A model generated the notes under the pieces. That model was given only the letters and a program-made list of their open reading frames with translations, ran no database searches and was not told the origin of the DNA. Both the position numbers and the translations under genes were made by a program. A DNA stretch of 64,000 nucleotides from the NCBI GenBank assembly GCA_030390025.1, contig CM059432.1:73658001-73722000 (forward strand), written 5' to 3'. This DNA comes from Squalus acanthias. Taxonomy: Eukaryota. Below, in pieces: positions 1 to 10,600 of this stretch; the first letter of the stretch is position 1, and each line of letters begins with the position of its first letter.

Positions 1-811
1 TGGGATATTTGTACCAATCACTATGGTTAATTTAAAAAGTAATGGCCATTTGAGCCAATCATAATTTATTACCCTGCAGGTATGTGACACGTTTGAGGTG
101 TAACACTTGAGCGATGTGATACCCCCAAGGCCACACTTTTCAGGTGTGACACCTTTGAGAGCTGTAACAATATGGATGCATGCAAGACACAAGTGCTCTG
201 AATTTCCATGGGGTTTCCCAAATTCTTGCCATAACTTTGGTGGGAGTTAGCTGAAGCCCCGGAGAAATAGTGTAAAGGGCCATTATTAGCTGTTTGCACC
301 GTTTCTCTGTGTGTTCCAGCAATCTTCTGTTGGAAAAGCCCCACAGACATTCCAGAAGATTTTTACTTATGTATAAATTGGAGAAAATACGTAACAGTAA
401 TATGTAATACAAGTCTTTTAAAGTGCATACAATTTTAGTGGTCCAGAATATAAGCAATCCTCTGTGGTGCTGAAATGTTTTTATAAGTTTTACTATCAGG
501 CAAGATAATTAAGTGAAAAGCATGCTTTCACCATTGTAATTGAAAGAGGAAAGCATTATGACCCTCCAGAATGCAATTGCAGGTACGGCATGGAGCACTG
601 CATGTAGTGATTCCCAGCTCATTGGCAATGATCTGGGGACCAACAATGTCAATGGGAAAATACAATCAAATTACAGAGATAGCGGGGAGGTAAATGACAA
701 AAAGTGCACAGCTTGAAGTGCTACTAAGTTAGTGAAGTTAAGCAGGACTGAGGAAGATGTCCAGAGAGTGGTACAGGAACAAAACCGAGGAAAGACGTAA
801 GAAAACTTATT

Positions 812-1552
812 GGGCCAGAAATTAGGCACTTGCCGGGTGAGTACGCGCTGTGTACTCACCCATAAGGCCTCCTGAAGTGCCGGTTTCCTGCATGCACTGC
901 GCATGCGCGGGAAACCGGAACTTCCGGTTTCATGAAGGGAGTGGTTCAGAGGTGAACTGCGTGCGCGGGCGAGGCTGCGCGCACGCAGCGAACTTAGGTT
1001 TTTTTTCAGGTTTCTCCGGGAAGGTAAGTATGGAAGAAGCTGCGCTTTTAAAAAGGAGGCGCAAGACCCGTTTTTTACAATTTAAAAAATTTTTCAACAG
1101 GTTTATCTTTTTTAGATACTTTAAAGAAAGGTAAGTTTATTTTTAGCACTGTTAAAAGTATTTTAATTTTGTCAAAAATTTAAATTTGTGTTTAAAGTAG
1201 TTAATTTATTTAACTTATAGTTATTTTAAAAATGTGATGGTTTTTTTTTAATTTATTTGAAGTTTAGGTGTTGTTTTGGGGCCGATTTCAATTCATAGAT
1301 TTGACAGGTCTTCCTGTCAAATCTATGAATGAAAGATGGTCTGCTGCCATTGGCTCTCCATGGCCCACGTGATCCCAGGGGACGCATCACACTAACTACG
1401 CCCCTGGGATACACAAGCACTGCGCGCCGGCAGCTGCAGGAGGCCCAGGAGCTGAAGTCCCCGTGGGCCCAGAGGTCAACGACAGGCGTGGTAGGTAGGT
1501 GCGCGCGGGATCATTGCACCCGCGGGAAGCCAGGGAGCCGAATTTCTGGGCC
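812..1552. mobile_element. Harbinger-type MITE (non-autonomous DNA transposon)
   Basis: Terminal inverted repeats GGGCCAGAAATT / AATTTCTGGGCC, ATT on both flanks (3-bp TSD). A reverse-oriented relative starts at 63815. Confidence 0.8.
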
Positions 1553-3817
1553 ATTAAATCAGAATTCAGAAACCAACTCCTGAGGACAAACACACCACTG
1601 GAAGCTGAGGCCGTTTGATGCAATGAGTAGAGATTCAGAAAAACTACCAGTAAGGAAAATAAGCAAAAGGAAAGTTAGGGGCCAGTCAGAGAACAAAGGG
1701 GTAGTGTCAGGCTGAGTCTGGAAAATTCAGGAAGAAACCCATAAAGGAGTATTCCATGGAAAACTAACATTGGAGAGAGAAGGTACAGCACAGAGGCCAG
1801 AAAGTACTAATATAATTTAAAAAGCGCATTGCACGGGAAGTTCTGCGCTGCGCTCATTTAAATCAGTAGTCAGTACCAAAATAATGGGGCTGCCTGCGCT
1901 CTTTTTACGGGTGACCGTTAACCTTGGCACATGGTGGTACTGCCCGTTTTCGGGCTTAATCAAATTTCTAGACCTTAGTCTTTACATGTTTGGTTTTCTC
2001 AGCTTGGTTCCAATCAGCTCTAATGTGTCATTCCCTTTAATTAGTTTGCTTTGCAGCTTCTGTGGCCTTTCAGATTTTGTATCCTTTTTGTACATTCCTC
2101 TGATTTTATCTAGTTTATTCACTTACTTGTACACTGTCTCAGCAATTCTCCTGCTCACTTGTGTTATTACTTTGCTGGAGCTCGCTTCCTTGATTTCAGT
2201 CCTGTTTATAACATTCCTTATGTTGCCTATTTTTCTCTCTCTCAGCATAAAGCTTGATCTTATTATGTATTTTTTTTATGTCATACCCTTCACTGTGGGA
2301 CTAATTTCTGTGAGGGTTCTTCTGCTCATCTCCGGTAACGTTGGCAGAAGAGCTGAGGAACCTCCCGTGCAATGCGCTCTTTCAGGTGGTAAGATCAGCA
2401 GGAGGCCGAAGGTCGGGTCTGAAGTACCTGTGCGGCGTTATCAGGAAATCGCGATTGATGAAAGTGAAGTGCAATGTTTCCGGTTATATTTCTCGGTTGA
2501 CAAGAAAGGGTATGCAGGATAATTGAAAGCCTAAAAATACACTAATTTGTCATATTTTAAAGAATGCAACCAATATTTCTGATTCTACTCCCTAGAATTC
2601 AAATAAAAGCAACCTATTCTTTTCATACACAGACATAGTGAATAAGCTTTGTTATTACAGAGGCTTTCAATATAAGTCTTTTTAGAAAATACCCAGATAA
2701 GCATTTTGAAAGGGCAATGGTGTACTGGAATTGGGAGATTTGTTTGCAATACTGGGTGTCAGAGCCGGCACAGGTGATCCATGATTCCTCCCTGAATAGA
2801 CCAAGAGATGTGAAAAGTTTACTGGATACCCTGAACACCTGAATATCGATACCAGTAAATGCAGATGTACAAATTCCTTCAGAAACAGGAAAAAGTCGTT
2901 GAGTCTCCTTTAATTGAAAATGTAATAAGCTCACACCTGTTACTTCAGAGGGACAGGATGCATATTCAATACAATGTTTGGAACAATAACAGTAAATATT
3001 TACAAAGCCCAAATATCATTTCATTTCCAGGTTACTGACACAACTGCAAGCGCTTATTAGTAAGATTTCAAAATCTGGTGTACGTGTACATCTTACGTTA
3101 CACAACTGACCGACAGTAATGGATCAGGCCTTTAGATGCAGTACAAGTCCCCCAGACTGTTTGTAACCACATGCTGTTCTGTACACATTACGTGCCAGAA
3201 CTCGCTGACCTGCTCCGGTTGAGTGCTGGCATGTAACGTGTATAGAACAGGCATTCAATCTGCTGATGTGTTTCTGCAGCAATCACCATGAGCCATCTCA
3301 CTGGACTGGACTTACTCTGCATAGTTATTGAAGACTTTGGCGGAGAGCTCCGCCGCTTTTTCCCATGCTGGCAATGGCTGCACGCACGGGTGTGCTTTGG
3401 AGAGGGCGGTAAAAGGAGCAGCAATGTCCAAAAATGCTCAGCGTGCGTCAATTTGGTGTTGCACGCCGATTGACGTCACGCCCCTGATCATTAAAATATT
3501 TGAGGCAAGCGCAGGCAACGGCACGCTGCCGACCTGCCTAATATGGCGGCCATCGTGTTCCAAGCTGGAAGTGTGCGGAAGCGAGGCAGCCGCTATTTTT
3601 TCATTAAAATCAGCCTTAATGGCCAGCGCTAAATGTTCCAATTTCTAGGCCTAGAAGTTACAAAGAACTGGACAGGATGAGACTTAAGGAAATATATAGG
3701 GATAACAAAGCTCAGGAAAGCATTGCAAAGGCAGTACTGAAACATGCACAAGTGGGGAACATTGAACAGGCTTGATTATTAGTTAACTAAAAACATTCAT
3801 GAACTGTAGAGCTAGAG

Positions 3818-4171
3818 GCCTAGAAATTCAATTGCGCCAGAAAACATTAGATTTGTGCTATGTCCTCATTAAAATGATTCAGGAGTGTAGCCAGCGCAAC
3901 CCATGCAACTCAATCCTGCACACTTGTTTAGGGGGGGGGAGCAGAAATTTCTAACACCACTCTAACGGCATCTCTAATACCACTTAAAGGCAGCCAACAT
4001 ATCTTAAAGGGGAGGTGCACTCTGGCTGCTGACAGAAGGCAACGCTTCTAAAGAAAAAGTGACTGCAAGAGGGCCAGACAGAGCACCCAGGACATCCGAT
4101 GCTGCAGGCAGTGGTCAATAGGAGGGAGATCCTGTTCCCCCCACCCTGAGGAAGAAAGCTTTCACTCCCAG
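3818..4171 (+). mobile_element. Decayed Harbinger element (5' part, Myb/SANT exon-1 remnant) into which the provirus inserted
   Basis: TIR-like GGCCTAGAAATT at 3818. 4070-4170 reads RAPR...VVNRREILFPPP, resembling exon 1 of the other Myb/SANT genes in the window. An exon-2-like remnant (EKVTHNLRQEAAIGEG) resumes at ~13775. Confidence 0.55.
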
Positions 4172-5870
4172 TGTGTAAAGTTTCGCAATTATCGCGATTC
4201 GAAATAACGAGATAGAAGCAGATTCGTTTGATCAGTTTATTTAAACGAAATGCCGTCATGATTAAACAGGACACAGAAGCCTGTAAAATGGCCGCCGCGC
4301 ATCGTGGCAGAAGTTTCCAGAAGTACAGTGGGCAGACAAGATGGCGTTCGAATAAACATTTTCGATAAGCACTGATAAAGACAGGATGCAACCTGTTTGC
4401 ATTTGTGACAATAGCAAAAGATATGAGTGCTGGAATCGTTTTCCATGCACAAGTAAGGACCATTGTACTGGGCAATCGAAGGCCCATCCAGACACATCAA
4501 TACGCAAATACCCCCACGGCTCTACAATGAGAGAGCCATTCTCGGGTGATTAAACAAGTATTCGGGGGCCCCCAAAACCCAGCCAGGGAGGCTCCGAGCC
4601 GGTTCAACAATGGGGAAAACATTAACGGGTAGTTGGCCAGTCTCAGGTGCTACCGAAACCCGTTAAAGACAAGAATCACCCATGCTGGGAGTTTTGAGCG
4701 CCAATATTTCACAAAGGACAAACATTAAGATTTGAGTGGGAGATAAGGGAACATAGCACTATAACTATAGACAACAAATGTCCATCGCGCTCTTATTTTC
4801 TCTTATCTCGGCTGATGCTCTTGATTTGACCCTTATTCGCTTGATTCGTGCTCTTGTTTCTCTGGACTGTTGACTCTGGACTTTTAGCCGCACTGGACGG
4901 TTATTCGAATGTTGGGTGGAGCTCAATCGGGGCGAGCCACCTCGACGAAGGGCGAGTAACCGGGTGCACCATCCCGAGTGTCGGTAAACGGTGTTTTGGA
5001 CCCGAAGGCCCAAAGAGACGAGACGAGACGAGATGAGAAGAGAAGAAGAAGAATCCACGTGCCGCCGCGGTCAGTAAACCCCGACCGCGCCGAATTTATA
5101 CGAACTCTATCAGTTACTGCACGAACTGGTCATAGACTCTTCCTCGAATTTTATCGACAACTGGTGTCGATACAGGAAGACTCTTCTTTGAATTCTACCG
5201 GCAACTGGTGTCGGTCCAGGAAGACTTTTCTTTGAGTTCTACAGCCGGGCCCGAGCACTGTCGAGTTCTTCATGACAACAGGGAGCCCAGCCTGCTTGCA
5301 GCAGCAGCGAAGATAAACAAGTGGGGTACAGAGACCCCTCAAAACACGTGACAGTCAGGCGCTGCAGCGAAACGAGCCGAGCGCCTCACTTTAAAATTCT
5401 CCGAAGTATCACGAGTGATGAGCATGTTTCCCGATCCTCCAAATCTAGATGTAGTGTAGGTATTGATAAGGGAGGGTGGTTTTATTAAGGATAAAGTATA
5501 ATGTGTTCCCCTTTTTACGATGTGCCGTGCGTTCTTCATTACCATAGACCAAGCTTTATGAATGTATGCATACTTGTACTCTCGTTAATTTGCGCCTATG
5601 ACATGTACTTCATGATTTTGGACGCTATGCAATAAAGATTTCCATTTCATACTATTCAACCGGGTCTATTTTGAGTTTTTCTCTGCATTACTGCTCTCGC
5701 ACCTAAGTCCAGTGTTAGAACCATAAGGGCGAGTGGGTCGAACCACTCACAGGTGCTTATTGCAACAAGGCTGGCCGGAGACCAGAGCAAGCAATAGTAT
5801 TAGGCAACGAAGGCCTAACCCCGCACCAGCACCGTCTGCGATACAAGCACGACACAAAACCCCTTACACA
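4172..5870 (+). repeat. 5' LTR (~1699 bp) of the provirus
   Basis: Starts TGTGTAA (4172) and ends TTACACA (5870), a 7-bp inverted repeat. AATAAA at 5631. Followed after AAA by a TGG-starting PBS. No second copy in the window, so the 5' boundary rests on the inverted repeat and the switch from Harbinger sequence. Confidence 0.75.
5631..5636 (+). promoter_or_regulatory. LTR polyadenylation signal
   Basis: AATAAA ~235 nt before the LTR end, followed by T-rich sequence. Confidence 0.6.
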
Positions 5871-5873
5871 AAA

Positions 5874-5890
5874 TGGCGACCGCGGCAGGA
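5874..5890 (+). promoter_or_regulatory. Primer binding site, tRNA-Ser-like
   Basis: TGGCGACCGCGGCAGGA, 3 nt after the LTR end. TGGCG....CGGCAGGA resembles the complement of vertebrate tRNA-Ser 3' ends; isoacceptor not determined. Confidence 0.7.
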
Positions 5891-5944
5891 CTCTGGCAGC
5901 GAGAGAGTAATATTTTAGACCCTGGTGTGAATAGGCGAAATGTG

Positions 5945-7695
5945 ATGGATGAGAGGGTAGCCGACTATGTGTTTGGGAAGGTTAACTTAACCAAAAGGTG
6001 GATAAGTGACCTACTGATGGATAAGCGTCCGCTAGACGCAGCCATCAAATGGACAGGCAGTAAAGAGCATAAGAAGTCGGTAGAGAAAGCGGTCTGGCTG
6101 ATGTGCTACAAGAAGCAAGTCCAACTTTCGGACCAGGTCATTGTGGCACAGGCAGCTCAGATCAGGGATTTGGAGGTTGAGATGGAGGAAAAGATCGCGG
6201 GAGGACAGAAACTCATTGCATCCTTGAATGCGTTACATCAGGAACGCCAGATAGTAGCCAACCACCATGAGGCTAAAATTGATTACCTAGAGTGTCAGGT
6301 CACGGAAGCGAAATTAAACGAGGGTAGGATTAGAGAACGGTGTGCCCGCCTAGCTAACCAGATAAAAGCCCAGGAAGAAAGCTTGAAGGGAGTTAGGGCG
6401 GCATATAAGATGGCCCTCGAGGATAGGCATGAGGGAGTCGACCACAGTGTTTGCCAGAAGGAGTTAGGGAACCTAAGAGAGGCCCTGAATAAGGCAAACG
6501 GCTTGGTGTGCCTCATCAGCCCGTCAGCAAACCAGCCACAGGTGGGTAGGGAATTCCCAAAATCCCTACCAGACAAAGCAGAGGAGGTATTTGCCACTGC
6601 GCCCTCCGCGCCACCCAGCTATTCGGCAACCTGGGTAAGGGAGGAAGTGGTGGAAATAGAGAAGGAGGTTCCCGAGGCAGGACAATCCCCAGAGGTAGAG
6701 TCGAAACCGGGACCGATGTGTCCGCTCCAAGGTCACAAGAGAGGCCCGAATGGGGAAAATGGGGAGGACGGGGATGTCCTGAACCAGCTGGTATTGCCTC
6801 ACAGCTCACACCAGCTGAGAGCAATGATTAGCCATGTACGGAAGCTGTCCGAGTCAGACGACCCTTCCGTACACTTTAGGGAGGTAGAACAGACCGCAGC
6901 AATTAATGGCTGCGACAATGTGGAAAAGACCAAAATGTTGCTGTTCTCGTTAGATAGCTCGATCCTTCAGTGTCTATCAGACGAGAGCAAGAAGGGGAAT
7001 AAAACTTATGAGGAGTTACGGGACGAGGCCCTAGAAGTGTTAGGGGCGGATGACGAAGGTCCGTTCGTCAGATTGAGTCAAACCATACAGATGGAGGGAG
7101 AACCCCCGAAGGTTTTTGTCAGCAGGCTGTGGCCAGTATACCAGCGTAGCTGCCCAGGTGCGCCAGCGCGCCACCGCCTGGACGGTGCCTGTTTAACTCA
7201 TTGGCTCAGGTGTTTAGTAGCCAACAGTTTGCCAGCCGTCAGGGAGCAGGCCAAAGCGTGGTTTGATCCCACTAACCCCGCCACAACAGAGGAGTCGGTC
7301 CGAAATCGACTCACGATAGGGTATCGGAACACTAGGAGCACGGGAGCGCGTCCCCTTAAGGGAAAGGTGCATGAGGCACGGCCCGCAGCCCCGGCTCAAA
7401 AGGAGTGGCATCAGGAGGGAAACCGCACCCCACAAGCCAATGGTGCTTGTTACGGGTGCGGGAAGACAGGTCACTGGCGTAAGAACTGTAGGAACCCCTG
7501 GAAGGACTCCAGGGATAAAAATCCCGCAGCCCGAACCCAAGCGCCTGTCTCTGAGAGAGGAGCTGGTGTGCCAATAATCCCGATGCGATAGAATCAATGT
7601 TGGGAGCTATGCGGTCCCTTATGATTTCACCAGGAAGGGTGGCAGTCGCTACCGGCCTCACAGAGGCCACAACCCCGTCCACCGGTACCCAATGA
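5945..7695 (+). pseudogene. gag: Gag polyprotein; probable single frameshift at 7555-7589
   Basis: ORF 5873-7591, but its first ATG overlaps the PBS, so 5945 is the likelier start. Coiled-coil N-half, PSAPPSY, capsid-like region, CYGCGKTGHWRKNC zinc knuckle. The pol frame is open 7555-7692 up to TGA at 7693, suggesting the original gag end. Confidence 0.85.
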
Positions 7696-10600
7696 CTAGA
7701 GCCCGCGCAGCCCGTTTACCTCAGCTATGATGCGTGGAAAAGACCCCTGGTTGAGATGGAGGTAGAGAAGCAGAAGGGTAGTTATTTGTTGGACACGGGA
7801 GCTTCATGCACCGTGATTCATACGGATAGCCCCTTTGACTCACCGCTGTCTACCAAGGTCCCATACACATTAGCGGGGTTCACGGGAAAAGAGCAGGCTG
7901 GCGCGTTCTCCATTCCGCTCTCCATTCATTTAGGAGCACTCCACACCACATGGAAGTGCATACTGATGAAATGGCAAGAGGGGGGTGGCAGAGGTATCCT
8001 CGGATCGGATCTCCTATCGGAACACGGGATCCTCGTGGACCTTAGGAATCACTGTCTCTGGGGAGCCAAGGGTGGGAAAGGCAAGGTAGTTGTAATCCCG
8101 GGGAAGGAAGGTAAAGGGGCCCTGTGTACCATGAAGCCATCCGGAGGTTACGACCTCGGGCTTATGGTCGCGGATGTCCCAACGGACATGCAGACGTACG
8201 TGTCAGATAATATGCACGCGTTTGCAACCCACAAGCACGATTGTGGGAGGGTTACCAGGTTTGAGGTCAGCGTAGATGGGGACCCCATAACCCGGCCCCA
8301 AAAACAGTATAACTTCCCCAAAGAAGCAGAACCCGATATGGAGACAGCAATGTCCTCATTGGTGCAGCAGGGCGTGTTGAGGCCGATAGCCACACACGTG
8401 AACTCCCCATTATGGCCGGTGAGGAAGCCGGATAATTCGTGGAGGGCCACGGTGGACTACAGAGTCCTTAACAGTAACATCCCCGCCTGCGCGCCCACAG
8501 TAGCAGCAGTTGCTGACCTAATAGGGAGTATCCCAGCGTCCGCGACCACGTTCACGGTGCTGGATATCTCGAACGGTTTTTGGTCCATCCCGCTGCGGCG
8601 AGAGGACCAGTACAAGTTTGCCTTTACTTTCAAAGGACAACAGTACACATGGAACTGTTTGCCACAGGGTTTCCACAACAGCCCCAGTATTTTCCATCAG
8701 TGTATGGCAGGAAGTTTAAAGGAGTTTAGTCAGCCCAATCAGATAGTACAGTACGTGGATGATTTGCTCCTGTTCACGGGCTCAAGGGAGGAGCATGGAC
8801 CACTGCTAGCCGAGTTATTGGAGCTGCTAGCGAGGAAGGGTTTTAAAGTTAACCCTAAGAAAGCACGTATCGGTCAGCAAGAAGTAAAATTCCTAGGTCT
8901 GACCATTCGCGCTGGGGAAAGAGCCATAGATAAGGCTAGGAGGGAGTCGGTGCAGGAGTTACCAATTCCCAACACCATAACGGGTGTGAGGTCCTTTCTG
9001 GGACTGACCGGTTACTGTAGAGACTTCATCGAGGACTATGCGGCCACAGCAGCTCCGCTGCTCCGACTCCTCCATAAGGGAGTGGAGTGGTCTTGGGACG
9101 AGGGTTGCCAGGCTGCATTCGAGAAGTTAAAAAGGGATTTGCAGACCGCGCCAGCTTTAGGGGCCATAGATGGGGGGAAGGAGTTTTTCCTGGAGGTAGC
9201 TGCCAGCGGAGACAGCTTGAGCGCTGTGCTGCTCCAAGAGCGTCACGGCAAGCTGAGGCCGGTTGTCTATTCGTCCAGGGTGTTAACGGATGTGGAGAGG
9301 AGTTTCTCCAATTGCGAAAGGCATCTTTTAGCCACGCATTGGGCTGTGAAAAGATCAGTGATCTTCACAGGGCTCTCTCCCATCACTCTCCTCACCCATC
9401 ACATGCCAACTAAGATGCTTCTAGATGGGAGGATTAAGGATGGGACCGTAAGCAGCGCTCGTATTGCGCGCTGGACCCTTCTCCTTTCCCAGATGGATCT
9501 TAGAGTTAAAGGTCTTTGCGAGCCCAGGCTTGCGGCCAACTTGGTATACCCCGGAACAGCCCACCGGTGTTCGGTGGAAGGGGTGTGGGAGGTCAACATA
9601 GGTTTACGGGCCGGGATACATCCCACAGGTCGCGAGATTTATGTTGATGGTTCCAGCACAGTGTCCGCTGGCGAACGACTCACAGGGTGTGGAGTTTATG
9701 ACCCTGCGGCAGACCTTGCCCTGGCAATTAAACTCCCCAGCACCATGAGCGCACAGCAGGCTGAGCTGTCTGCGGTGGCGTACATCGTTAACCACCCAGA
9801 AATTTTCCCAACCCCATACACGATTTGTTCGGACAGTATGTTTACGTGCAATTCGTGTACGGAATACCTGGCCATTTGGTCCCGCCGTGGATACACCTCC
9901 GTGGACGGGCGACCTTTAACGGTGAAGCCCTTGCTGGAAAAGATCCTAGCAGCAGTAGGGGAGGAAGGGGAGATTTTCATCCATAAGGTGAAAGCTCACT
10001 CCTCCACAGAGCCCCGCGGGGAGGGCAACCAGCAGGCGGATGCGCTAGCCAGGGAGGGTGCCCGCAACGGCATTTTCTGGGACCCCTATGGACCCGGACC
10101 CGTGGCAGCAATCCAAGGCAGGGAAGGGAATCCCGGGAACACCAGGGTAGCACTGCCCCTAGACCTTAAGACCGTCCAGAACCAGGATCCCGCCCTAAAA
10201 GCAGTTCTCAGGACAATTACTGAGGGCAAGCAGGTAGAGGGCCCGTACAGTACGGCAACCCTCTCCGTTAAAGAAGGCATGCTGTTCCGCGAGGAACAGT
10301 GGGTTGTGCCGCAGCAGCACAGGAGGGAATTCCTCCAGTTGGCTCATGAGGGGCCGGGGGCAGGACACCCCGGGCCCGAGGTTACCTGGCAACGGGTAGA
10401 GCAGGCGGGATGGTGGCCGGGACTCAGGGAGCAGGTCCGCGAGTTCTGTGCAAACTGTCTTGTGTGCGCTGCAAACAACCCATACCCCCAGAAAAGGAAA
10501 GTGCACATGGGGCACATCAGGAGGGTGGAGGGACCATGGCAGTCGATACAGATCGATTACATAGGGCCCCTGCCCACCACCCAGGGAGGCTACAAATACT

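Noticed and set aside
1884..2522. 212-aa hydrophobic ORF resembling a multi-pass membrane protein
   Set aside because: Arises from T-rich DNA bridging two MITE-like remnants; no recognisable motif or gene structure.
2623..3012. 129-aa minus-strand ORF in unique DNA as a possible host exon
   Set aside because: No recognisable protein in any frame and no convincing donor/acceptor pair.
5136..5245. CRISPR-like repeat array
   Set aside because: Units are contiguous tandem repeats without unique spacers, inside a eukaryotic LTR, with no cas genes.
5873..5944. ORF-track start of gag at 5873
   Set aside because: That ATG overlaps the primer binding site; 5945 is the more plausible start.
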